NCBI GenBank assembly: GCA_963727485.1 | Contig: CAVSGM010000001.1 | Coordinates: 832,001-896,000 of the forward strand | Source of the DNA: an uncultured delta proteobacterium | GTDB lineage: Bacteria; Myxococcota; Myxococcia; SLRQ01 | Direction: 5' to 3' | Length of the DNA stretch: 64,000 nucleotides | Part shown: positions 20,325 to 29,029 of the stretch, piece by piece | Layout: each line of letters opens with the position of its first letter | Numbering within the stretch: position 1 is the stretch's first letter | Position numbers and translations under genes: made by a program | Notes under the pieces: generated by a model | The model's database searches: none | What the model was told of the DNA's origin: nothing | Seen by the model: the letters and a program-made list of their open reading frames with translations, nothing else

Positions 20325-22084
20325 CGACTGCCCTCCGGGTCTCCAAGCCCGCCCCCGCCTCCGCCCCCGAACGGGCGGTGGATCTCTTTCTGCGCTACCT
20401 CAAGGCCGAGGGCGTGCGCGTGGTCTTCGGCATCCCCGGCGGCCTGCTCCACCCCTTCTTCGAGGAGGCGGAGCACGACCCCGAGCTCACCCTGGTGGTG
20501 CCCAAGCACGAGGAGGGCGCGGCGTTCATGGCCGACGGCTACGCCCGGGCCGGCGGCGGGCTCGCGGTCTGCGCCGGTACCGCCGGTCCCGGATCCACCA
20601 ACCTCCTCACCGGTGTGAGCTGTGCCTTCGCCGACGGGGTGCCGATGGTGGTCGTCACCGGGCAGGCCGCCAGCCGCGCCATGGGCCGCGGCGCCGCCCA
20701 GGAGACCACCCGGGAGGACATCGACATCGTGGAGATGTTCCGGCCGGTGACCAAGTACTCGGCGATGGTCACCGACGTCGCGGACCTCGGCCGGCACCTG
20801 CGCCGGGCGCTCCGCCGCGCCCTGACCGGGCGGAGGGGGCCGGTGCACCTCAACCTCCCGGTCGACCTCTGGGAGCAGCCGGTCCCCGAGGACGACTGGC
20901 GCGATCCGGCGACCTGGCGCCCGGAGACGCACCTCTTCGACCGCGCGGCGGTGTCCCGGGCCGCCGACGCCCTCCTCGAGGCCGAGCACCCGGTGATCCT
21001 CTGCGGCTCCGGGGTCGCCGCCGCCGGCGCCGAGGGTCACCTCCTGGCCCTCGCCGAGCTCCTCGACGCCCGGGTGGCGACCACGCCGAGGGCCAAGGGG
21101 GTGTTCCCCGAGGACCACCCGGCGTCCCTGGGCGTCCTGGGCTTCGCCGGCCACCGCGCCGCCCGGGAGGTCCTCCTCGGCGACGAGGTCGACGTCCTCC
21201 TCACCGCCGGCGCGTCGCTGAACGAGACCACCACCTTCAACTGGCACCCGGGGCTGGGGCCGGCCCGGGCCCTGCTCCAGCTCGACATCGACCCGGACCG
21301 CATCGGCCGCAACTACCCCGTCGACGTGCCCCTGGTCGGCGACGCCCAGACGGTGTTGGTGGAGCTCGTCTACCACCTCCACCGGGCGATCCGCGACGGG
21401 CGAAGGCCGATGGGCCGATGGGGCGACGCCCCGCCGGTGCCCGGCGGTGAGGCGCGCTACGCCGAGCCCGAGCTGCGGGGCTCGTCGGCCCGGCCCCTCG
21501 CCCCCCAGCGGTGGCGGGTGGACCTGATGGAGGTGCTCCCCGACGACGCCCTGGTGTTCTCGGACATCGGCGGCCACATGCTCTTCAACCTCCACGACCT
21601 GGAGATCCGCTCGGGCCAGCGCTTCCTCATAAACCTCGGGTTCGGGTCCATGGGTCACGGGACGGTGGCGCCCATCGGCGCCGCGCTGGCCGACCCCGAC
21701 CGGCCGGTGGTGGCCATCGTCGGCGACGGCTGCTTCACCATGAACGGGATGGAGCTGCTGACCGCCGCCGAGCACCGCCTCCCGGTGGTGTGGCTGGTGG
21801 AGCACAACGACATGCACGGGATCACCTGGCACGGGAGCAAGCGGGTGGGGCGCAAGCGCCCCATGGAGTCGGTGCGCTACCGCCGACACCTCGACGTCTC
21901 GGGGATCGCCCGGGCCATGGGCCTCACCACCGAGGTGGTCGACGGTCCCGGGCAGCTCCAGGCGGTGCTCCCGGGGCTCCTCGCCGCGCGGGCCCCGGCG
22001 GTGGTCGAGATCCGGGTCGACGGCACCATCGAGCCCCCCCTGGGGGACCGGGCGAAGACCATCGCCGGGTTCACCGAGCGATGA
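20321..22084 (+). CDS. Thiamine-diphosphate-dependent enzyme, acetolactate-synthase-like family
   Basis: FGIPGG, KHEEGAAFMADGYAR, GPGSTN, GSMGHG, GDG...N motif; ATGA overlap with the kinase. Confidence 0.9.
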   Translation: MTTALRVSKPAPASAPERAVDLFLRYLKAEGVRVVFGIPGGLLHPFFEEAEHDPELTLVVPKHEEGAAFMADGYARAGGGLAVCAGTAGPGSTNLLTGVSCAFADGVPMVVVTGQAASRAMGRGAAQETTREDIDIVEMFRPVTKYSAMVTDVADLGRHLRRALRRALTGRRGPVHLNLPVDLWEQPVPEDDWRDPATWRPETHLFDRAAVSRAADALLEAEHPVILCGSGVAAAGAEGHLLALAELLDARVATTPRAKGVFPEDHPASLGVLGFAGHRAAREVLLGDEVDVLLTAGASLNETTTFNWHPGLGPARALLQLDIDPDRIGRNYPVDVPLVGDAQTVLVELVYHLHRAIRDGRRPMGRWGDAPPVPGGEARYAEPELRGSSARPLAPQRWRVDLMEVLPDDALVFSDIGGHMLFNLHDLEIRSGQRFLINLGFGSMGHGTVAPIGAALADPDRPVVAIVGDGCFTMNGMELLTAAEHRLPVVWLVEHNDMHGITWHGSKRVGRKRPMESVRYRRHLDVSGIARAMGLTTEVVDGPGQLQAVLPGLLAARAPAVVEIRVDGTIEPPLGDRAKTIAGFTER

Positions 22085-22800
22085 CCGCCCGGGCACAGGT
22101 CCCATCGCCGGCCGCCGACACCGACGACCACGGGCCCGTGGAGGACACCCCCTGGCCGACGCGCCTCGAGGCCCACGTGGTCACCCCGGGCCCGGCGCCG
22201 CGGATCCACGGCTACGACGTCCACGACGACCTCGCCCGGCACTACGGCTTCGGGGAGGTGGTCTTGCTCACCCTCACCGGTCAGCCCCCGAGCGTGGGGG
22301 TGGGGCGGGTGTTCGAGGCGGCGCTCGTCGACCTTGCCCCGGTGACGGTCGCCGAGGCCCCGGCCCACGCCGCCGTCCTCGCCCGCCTCTGCGACGCCGA
22401 CCCCGCGGGGACGGTGGCCACCGGCGCCATCGGCCTCGCCGAGCAGGCGCGCGAGCGCATCACCCGCCACCGGGCGGCCCTCGAGGCCCTGCGCGCCGGG
22501 CGCCCCTGGGCGGAGTGCGACGGACGCTGCGAGGGGGCAGATGCCTTGGCCGAGGCGCGTATCGCCGAGCGGCTCCGGGAGACGGGCCTCGTCGCCCCGC
22601 GCCTCGCCGGCCCGGTGTGCGCCGAGGCGGAGGGCCTGGCGACGCTGGCGGCCCTGGGCCTCACCGAGCCCTGGCAGCTCCTCGCGGCCCTGGTGGTGGC
22701 GCGCCTGCCGGCGGTGGCCGCCGAGGCCCAGGCGGTGACCCCGAGGTCGTTCCCGAGCTACCCCATGAACCTCCCGCCCTTCGTCTACGAGGTGCCCTGA
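22081..22800 (+). CDS. Citrate-synthase/citryl-CoA-lyase-fold protein, degenerate
   Basis: RIHGYDVHDDL...GFGEVVLLTLTGQPP N-terminus and VARLPAVAAEA end; ATGA overlap. Confidence 0.6.
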   Translation: MTARAQVPSPAADTDDHGPVEDTPWPTRLEAHVVTPGPAPRIHGYDVHDDLARHYGFGEVVLLTLTGQPPSVGVGRVFEAALVDLAPVTVAEAPAHAAVLARLCDADPAGTVATGAIGLAEQARERITRHRAALEALRAGRPWAECDGRCEGADALAEARIAERLRETGLVAPRLAGPVCAEAEGLATLAALGLTEPWQLLAALVVARLPAVAAEAQAVTPRSFPSYPMNLPPFVYEVP

Positions 22801-23621
22801 TGGAGCCCGTCCGTACCCGCGTCGCCCACGCGGGCTGGCACGACCACCGTCTGCGCCACCGCCGGCTCTTCGCCGAGGTCCTCGGGCGCGCCGACCTCAC
22901 CCGCCTCAGCGTCCTCGCCCTCACCGGCCGCGACCTCGACCCCGACGCAGCCGCCATGGTCGACGACCTCGCGGTGGTCACCAGCGTCTCCGAGCCGCGG
23001 ATCTGGCCCCTGAAGGCGGCGCGCCTGGTGGCCTCCTACGGGGGGACCATGGCGGGGTTTGCCGCCGGGTGCCTCTGGGCCGACCGCGCCCAGGTGGGCT
23101 TCTGGACCTGCGGCCTCGCCGCCGAGAGCCTGGTGGCGCTCGCCGCCGAGCTCGGTGACGGCGCCGCGGATCCGGTGCGGGTCGCCGACGCGGTGCGCCG
23201 ACGGCTCGAGCGCGGCCAGGTCATCGCGGGCTTTGGCGTGCCCTTCCGGGACGAGGACGAGCGGATGGTGGCCCTGCGCCGCCAGGTGCGCGCCCGCGGC
23301 CGCGACGGTGGCCGCCACTGGACCCTCCTCGGGCACCTCGCCGAGACCATGCGCGCCGAGCGGCACCTGGGCGCCAACATCGGGCTGGGGCTCGCCGCGG
23401 TGCTCCTCGACCTCGGCTTCGACGCCGGCGAGATCAGCGTCCTCGCCGCCCAGCTCGGCCACCACACCTTCCTCGCCAACGCCCACGAGGGCGCCATCCA
23501 GGGCGCCCCCGCCCTGCGCCGGCTCCCGGACGAGGCGGTGGCCTACGTGGGCGCCGGGCCCCGGCCCTCACCGCGGGCGGCGGCAGGGGACGGGGTCGCC
23601 GGTCCCGACCTCAGTCCTTGA
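22800..23621 (+). CDS. Citrate-synthase-fold protein (EPRIW / GFGxP...DER subtype)
   Basis: LALTGR, SEPRIWP, IAGFGVPFRDEDER, ANIG...LLDLGF; TGATG overlap. Confidence 0.65.
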   Translation: MEPVRTRVAHAGWHDHRLRHRRLFAEVLGRADLTRLSVLALTGRDLDPDAAAMVDDLAVVTSVSEPRIWPLKAARLVASYGGTMAGFAAGCLWADRAQVGFWTCGLAAESLVALAAELGDGAADPVRVADAVRRRLERGQVIAGFGVPFRDEDERMVALRRQVRARGRDGGRHWTLLGHLAETMRAERHLGANIGLGLAAVLLDLGFDAGEISVLAAQLGHHTFLANAHEGAIQGAPALRRLPDEAVAYVGAGPRPSPRAAAGDGVAGPDLSP

Positions 23622-23814
23622 GGATGAAGGTCACCTTGAGGTTGACCCGGTAGGTGGTGATGCGGCCGTCCTCGACGCTGACCTGCTGCTCCTTCACCCA
23701 GGCCGACCGGATGTTCTCCACGGTGTTCGTGGCCCGCTTGATGCCCACCCGGATCGCGTGCTCGAAGCTCTCGGGCGACTCGCTGGTGATCTCCATGACC
23801 TTGGCGACGCTCAT
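23611..23814 (-). CDS. Dodecin family protein
   Basis: 67 aa, MSVAKVMEITSESPESFEHAIR...YRVNLKVTF; GGAG RBS. Confidence 0.9.
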   Translation of the reverse strand: MSVAKVMEITSESPESFEHAIRVGIKRATNTVENIRSAWVKEQQVSVEDGRITTYRVNLKVTFILKD

Positions 23815-24093
23815 GCTCTCCCCCTGGCAGGGCGCCGGGACGAGCCCGGCGCGCGTGACTGCCTCGGACGTATGACCCGCCCCCGGGGGCGCAAGGCGTG
23901 GATCCCCCGCCCCGGGCGGCTTCCCCGGCGGGGCGACACCCCAGCGCAGGCTCTGCACCTCTCGTGGGTCCCGGACGCAGGCCGGGAGCATCCGGCGGGG
24001 CCCTTGGCGCCCCAAGGCCCGGTCGTCACGACCGATGGCGTAGGCACGCCCCATGCTTCTGTCCAAGGCGTATCCCACGCGATGGAGGTCGCC

Positions 24094-24513
24094 ATGAACG
24101 CCCAAGACGGGACCTGGTTCAACGAGCACGGCTCGAAGATGACCGTCGAGATTGCGGCCGACGGGCAGGTGACCGGCACCTTCGAGAGCGCCGTGGGCCT
24201 CGCCGCCCCCGGCGAGCGCTTCCCGGTGACCGGCTACGCCACCGGCGACCTGGTCGCCTTCACCGTGAACTTCGGGCGGTACCTCTCCCTGACCACCTGG
24301 GTCGGCTACCGGGCCTTCGAGGACGACGGCGAGGAGGTGCTGCGGACCACCTGGCAGATGGCGGTGTCGCCCCCGGCGCAGAAGATCGCCGAGCGGTGGA
24401 AGGGCACCTGGACCGGGTCGAACCTCTTCCGGCGCCACCCGCGCACCGAGACCCGCCTGCCCCACACCCGCGAGGCGGCGACCCGTCCGGTGGCGCCGCC
24501 GCTGGCCTTCTAG
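24094..24513 (+). CDS. Avidin/streptavidin family protein without signal peptide
   Basis: GTWFNEHGS, TGTFESAVG, SLTTWVG, TTW and WKGTWTGSNLF match streptavidin segments; GGAGG RBS. Confidence 0.85.
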   Translation: MNAQDGTWFNEHGSKMTVEIAADGQVTGTFESAVGLAAPGERFPVTGYATGDLVAFTVNFGRYLSLTTWVGYRAFEDDGEEVLRTTWQMAVSPPAQKIAERWKGTWTGSNLFRRHPRTETRLPHTREAATRPVAPPLAF

Positions 24514-24531
24514 GGGAGCCCGACCGGGTGC

Positions 24532-25536
24532 CTAGGCCGCGCGCTGGGGCGCCAGGGGCGCCTCGGCCTCGCCGAAGCCCACCATCCGGTTCAGGTCCGG
24601 GTCCCAGAGCCGCAGCCGCAAACAGGCGGCGATGTCGCGGACCCGCCAGGAGGTGCGCCCGGGGTTCTGGAGCTCGGGGACGGCCGCCATCGCCTCGGGG
24701 AGCCGGTAGAAGGGGATCCGGTGGTCGAGGTGGTGGACGTGGTGGTAGCCGATGTTCCCGGTGAGCCAGTGCATCACCGGGCTCATGTCGAACATGCTCG
24801 AGCACTTGAGCGCCGCGTGGACGTAGTCCCAGTCGCGCCGGCCGCGGAGCTCGGTCGCCGGGAAGTTGTGCTGGGCGTAGAAGAGGTAGGCGCCCAGCCC
24901 GGTGGCGATGTAGATGGGCAGGGCGAGGCCCAGGAGGGCCGACTGCCAGCCGAGGAGCGCGGTGAGGACCCCGAGGCCGGTGAAGTGGAGCACCAGCGCC
25001 AGGGGGCCGGACCAGTGCGCGTGGTTGCGGCGCCAGGCCGAGATGCACATCCCACCCATGAAGATGGTGAAGTAGCCGAAGAAGATGGTCAGCGGGTGGC
25101 GGGCCAGGGCGTAGGCCCGGCGCTGCCCGGGCTTCAGGCCGCGCCACATGCCCACGCTGACGATGGGAAACGAGCCGATGGCCGAGCCGACGATCTTGGA
25201 GTTGTTCTTGTGGTGGTAGTTGTGGGTCTCGCGCCAGATGGAGCGGGGCGAGAGCACGAGGTAGCCGACCCCGCTCATGATGAAGCCCCCGACCCGGGAG
25301 CCGCGCAGCACCGCCCCGTGGAGGTGGTCGTGGTAGAAGATGAAGGTGCGGACGGTGATCAGGCCCTGGAACACCGAGGCCGCCACCCGCAGGGGCAGGG
25401 GCAGGCCGGGCCAGATCGCCACGGTGAAGGCGGCGCCCAGGAGGACCAGGGTGACCAGGAGCAGGCGCCAGGTCCTGCCCCGATCCTCGATCGCGTAGGG
25501 TTTGGTCGCTCGGACCAGCTCCGCTCCGTCTCTCAT
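24532..25536 (-). CDS. Membrane fatty acid desaturase
   Basis: Three His boxes HDHLH, HNYHH, HHVHH; LFYAQHNF; RIPFYRL. Confidence 0.9.
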   Translation of the reverse strand: MRDGAELVRATKPYAIEDRGRTWRLLLVTLVLLGAAFTVAIWPGLPLPLRVAASVFQGLITVRTFIFYHDHLHGAVLRGSRVGGFIMSGVGYLVLSPRSIWRETHNYHHKNNSKIVGSAIGSFPIVSVGMWRGLKPGQRRAYALARHPLTIFFGYFTIFMGGMCISAWRRNHAHWSGPLALVLHFTGLGVLTALLGWQSALLGLALPIYIATGLGAYLFYAQHNFPATELRGRRDWDYVHAALKCSSMFDMSPVMHWLTGNIGYHHVHHLDHRIPFYRLPEAMAAVPELQNPGRTSWRVRDIAACLRLRLWDPDLNRMVGFGEAEAPLAPQRAA

Positions 25537-25709
25537 CCCAATCTCCTCTGGTGGCCAGCGCCGCTCGGCGCCGGTCAGATGGCGCCGGGAGCCTAGCACG
25601 CCGGTCCAGGGGTTCGTCAGCCGCTTCTCAACCTTTCCCTGGGTGTGGTAAGGCGGACCTCCCACTCGAGCAACACCGGGCCGGGCGCCCGGGCCGGAAG
25701 GATCTGCCC

Positions 25710-26558
25710 ATGTCGACGCAAGCCGAAGTCGAGGTCTCCTACGACGTCTCCAACGAGTTCTTCCGCCTCTGGCTGGACGAGCGGATGAACTACACCTGTG
25801 GCGTCTACGAGGGCACCGACAACCTCGAGGAGGCCCAGGTCAAGAAGCTCGACTGGATCCACGACGCGGCCCACCTCTCCCCCGAGAAGCGGCACCTGGA
25901 CATCGGCTGCGGCTGGGGCGCCTGCATCGAGCACATGACCACCGCCAAGGGCGTGAAGAGCTCCACGGGGATCACCCTGAGCCGCGCCCAGTACGAGGAG
26001 ATCGAGCGGCGCAAGATCCCCGGGGTCAGCGCCAAGGTGGTCTCCTACGCGGACTTCGAGCCCGAGCACAAGTTCGACGCCGTCACCTCCATCTGCATGA
26101 TGGAGCACATCGCCACCCCCGAGCAGGCCCGCCGCGGCGAGCACATCGCCCTCTACCGCGACTACTTCCGCCGGGCCTGGGAGTGGACCACCCCCGGGAG
26201 CTACTTCGGCCTCCAGACCATCCTCCGCAACCGGGTGCCCCGGAACCGCGACGACCTCAAGGACCTCGGCTGGGTCACCTACGAGATCTTCCCGGGCGGC
26301 CTGTCGCTGCGCCTCGAGGACATCGTGATGTCCGTGAACCCCTACTGGGAGATCCTGGAGATCAAGACCCGCCGCGAGGACTACGGGAAGACCACCGCCG
26401 AGTGGCTGCGCCGGCTGCGCCTCAACGAGGCCACCATCCGCGAGAAGTGGGGCGACAAGGTCTTCGACGACTACGACCGCTACCTGCGCACCTGCGTGCG
26501 GTCCTTCGACATGCACTACCAGTCCCTCGCCCAGTACAGCCTGCGGCGCATCGACTAG
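25710..26558 (+). CDS. Cyclopropane-fatty-acyl / mycolic-acid methyltransferase family SAM enzyme
   Basis: YDVSNEFFRLWLD.RMNYTC, LDIGCGWG, ITLS..Q, SICMMEH, EIFPGG. Confidence 0.9.
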   Translation: MSTQAEVEVSYDVSNEFFRLWLDERMNYTCGVYEGTDNLEEAQVKKLDWIHDAAHLSPEKRHLDIGCGWGACIEHMTTAKGVKSSTGITLSRAQYEEIERRKIPGVSAKVVSYADFEPEHKFDAVTSICMMEHIATPEQARRGEHIALYRDYFRRAWEWTTPGSYFGLQTILRNRVPRNRDDLKDLGWVTYEIFPGGLSLRLEDIVMSVNPYWEILEIKTRREDYGKTTAEWLRRLRLNEATIREKWGDKVFDDYDRYLRTCVRSFDMHYQSLAQYSLRRID

Positions 26559-26578
26559 ACCCCTTTCGGAGAACACCG

Positions 26579-26836
26579 ATGAACGACGCCGAGATCCTGG
26601 ACCTGCTCAAGAAGGCCCTCCTCGAGGTCGCCCCCGGGCGCGCCAAGGACTTCGAGAACATCAGCGTGGACACCACCATCGAGGCGTTGGACCTCGACTC
26701 GGTCTCCACCATGGAGATGGTCGGCTTCCTCGAGGAGCAGACCGACAAGACCTTCCCCGACGAGGACCTGTCCCGGGTGACCAAGCTCGGCGACCTGGCG
26801 ACCCTCATCCGCGGCGGTCGGGTCGGCGTGGCCTGA
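26579..26836 (+). CDS. Acyl carrier protein
   Basis: 85 aa, acidic; LDLDSV phosphopantetheine Ser motif; GGAG RBS. Confidence 0.85.
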   Translation: MNDAEILDLLKKALLEVAPGRAKDFENISVDTTIEALDLDSVSTMEMVGFLEEQTDKTFPDEDLSRVTKLGDLATLIRGGRVGVA

Positions 26837-27497
26837 TCGGGTGTGCCCGGGTGCCGTCCCCCAGGGGGCGGCGCGCGGCCGGATCCCGGGGAATCCGCCG
26901 GGGTCCGCCCCGGGTCGCCCGGCCCACGTAGTAGCCCGCGGACGCCACGCCGGCCACGGCGGCGGCGACGCAGAGGGCGAGGTCCGCCGTGAGCTCGAGG
27001 CGCACGGCGACCAGGGCGGTGAACTGCAGCCCGGTGGCCACCTTGCCCGGGATGCCCGCGGTGTAGTCGAGGGCCAGGCGCCGCTTGAGCGCCGGCACCA
27101 GGTGGTAGACGCCCACCAGGGGCACCTGGAGCAGCTCCCGCGCCGCCACCAGGGCGAGCAGCCACCAGGGCGGCCCCACCGCGACGAAGACCACCCCCAG
27201 GGTGCTCATCACGAAGACCTTGTCGCAGACCGGGTCCAGCCAGGCCCCGGTGGACGCCGGCGTGGCCACCCGCCCCGGGTCGCGCCCGGCGGCGAGGCGG
27301 CGGGCCCGGAGACGGCGGGCCGCCCACCCGTCGAGGACGTCGGTGACGCCGGCGGCGGCGACGGTCCCCAGGAGGAGCCAGAGGTCCCGGGGATCGACCC
27401 AGGGCAGCGCCGCGAGGGGCAGCCGCGATAGGGTGAGGAGGTTGGGCGCGGTGAGCCAGGGCTCGCCCCCACGCCGCGATGGACTGGATGCGCTCAA
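26805..27497 (-). CDS. CDP-alcohol phosphatidyltransferase family protein
   Basis: PNLLTLSR, TDVLDGWAAR...GAWLDPVCDK, GKVAT; both ends uncertain. Confidence 0.85.
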   Translation of the reverse strand: MSASSPSRRGGEPWLTAPNLLTLSRLPLAALPWVDPRDLWLLLGTVAAAGVTDVLDGWAARRLRARRLAAGRDPGRVATPASTGAWLDPVCDKVFVMSTLGVVFVAVGPPWWLLALVAARELLQVPLVGVYHLVPALKRRLALDYTAGIPGKVATGLQFTALVAVRLELTADLALCVAAAVAGVASAGYYVGRATRGGPRRIPRDPAARRPLGDGTRAHPIRPRRPDRRG

Positions 27498-27550
27498 CAG
27501 CTACGTTCTAGGCATGGGGTCGCCTCGGGGCCCGGGAAGGAAGCCTGCGC

Positions 27551-29029
27551 ATGATCCACCTCGTCGACCCCGAAGAGGGCATCGCTCTCGCCGACTACGC
27601 CGGCTACGCCCACCTCGCCCAGTCGGTGGCCGAGCTCAAGGCCGAGGCCGCCCGGCTGGTGCCGGCGCTCGAGGGCCGCACCGTGTGGATGGTCAACTCC
27701 ACCGCGCAGGGCGGTGGCGTCGCCGAGATGCTCCCCCGGCTCCTGGGGATCCTCCGGGACCTGGGCGTCGACGCCAGGTGGGCGGTGATGGGCTCGAGCG
27801 ACCCGGCGTTCTTCGAGCTCACCAAGCGCATCCACAACCTCATCCACGGCAGCGGCGAGCCCCACTTCTCCCGGGCGGACCGCAAGCGCTACGAGGCGGT
27901 GAGCCGGGAGAACGCCGACGACCTCCTCGGCCGGGTGAAGGCCGACGACGTCCTGGTGATCCACGATCCCCAGCCGCTGGGGGCCGGGGCGATGGTCAAG
28001 GCGGCCCTGGGGCTCCCGGCGGTGTGGCGCTGCCACATCGGCCTCGACGACCGCACCCGACAGACCGAGGCGGTGTGGAAGTTCCTCGAGCCCTTCGCCG
28101 AGGCCTACGACCACGCGGTGTTCTCGGCGCCCGAGTACATCCCCGACTTCCTCGCCGGCCGGGCCTCGATCCTCCACCCGGCGGTGGACCCGCTCTCCCA
28201 CAAGAACCGGGAGCTGGCGCCCCACAAGCTCATGGGCGTCCTGGTGAACGCCGGGCTCGCCGAGGCCCACGCCCCGGTGGTGACCCCGCCCTTCGCCCAC
28301 CTCGCCCGGCGGCTCTCCCCCGAGGGCCGGTGGGAGCCGGCGAGTGAGTGGGAGGAGATCGGCCTGGTCTACCGGCCGGTGGTCCTCCAGGTCTCCCGGT
28401 GGGATCGGCTCAAGGGCTTCGAGCCCCTCCTCGAGGCCTTCGTGCGGCTCAAGGCCCGGGCGTTGGCGGAGACCGACACCCGCCACCGGCGGCGCCTCGA
28501 GCTGTTGCGCCTGGTCTTCGCCGGGGCCGAGCCCGCGGCGGTCGCCGACGACCCCGAGGCCCTGGAGGTCCTCGAGGGGCTGGTGGCGCGGTACCGGGAC
28601 CTGGACCCGGCGCTCCAGAAGGACGTGGCCCTGGTGACCCTGCCCATGACCTCGGCGAAGGAGAACGCCCTGATGGTCAACGCCCTCCAGCGCTGCGCCA
28701 CGGTGGGGGTCCAGAACTCCCTGCGCGAGGGCTTTGGCCTGACCTGCACCGAGGCGATGTGGAAGCGGGTGCCGGTGGTGGTCTCCAGCGCCTGCGGGCT
28801 GCGCCAGCAGGTGCGCCCGGGCCTCGACGGGGAGATCGTCCAGGATCCCACCGATCCCGACGCCGTGGCCGACGCCCTGGACAAGGTGCTCCGGGACACG
28901 GTGGCCAGGGACCACCTGGGCCGCAGCGCCCAGCGCCGGGTCTACGACGCCTTCCTGGTCTTCGCCCAGGCGCGCAGATGGCTGGAGACCCTGGCGGCGC
29001 GGGTCGAGGCGGCGCGCGCGGCCGGATAG
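27551..29029 (+). CDS. GT4 glycosyltransferase, trehalose synthase TreT-like
   Basis: VNST..GGGVAEML, IHDPQP, WRCHI, QVSRWD..KG, REGFGLT.TEAMWK. Confidence 0.85.
   Translation: MIHLVDPEEGIALADYAGYAHLAQSVAELKAEAARLVPALEGRTVWMVNSTAQGGGVAEMLPRLLGILRDLGVDARWAVMGSSDPAFFELTKRIHNLIHGSGEPHFSRADRKRYEAVSRENADDLLGRVKADDVLVIHDPQPLGAGAMVKAALGLPAVWRCHIGLDDRTRQTEAVWKFLEPFAEAYDHAVFSAPEYIPDFLAGRASILHPAVDPLSHKNRELAPHKLMGVLVNAGLAEAHAPVVTPPFAHLARRLSPEGRWEPASEWEEIGLVYRPVVLQVSRWDRLKGFEPLLEAFVRLKARALAETDTRHRRRLELLRLVFAGAEPAAVADDPEALEVLEGLVARYRDLDPALQKDVALVTLPMTSAKENALMVNALQRCATVGVQNSLREGFGLTCTEAMWKRVPVVVSSACGLRQQVRPGLDGEIVQDPTDPDAVADALDKVLRDTVARDHLGRSAQRRVYDAFLVFAQARRWLETLAARVEAARAAG

Noticed and set aside
28942..29029. 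Convergent 3' overlaps (also 36100-36145, 26805-26836, 23611-23621, 13530-13549)
   Set aside because: These are common in high-GC genomes where stop codons are rare, and some may be indel artefacts
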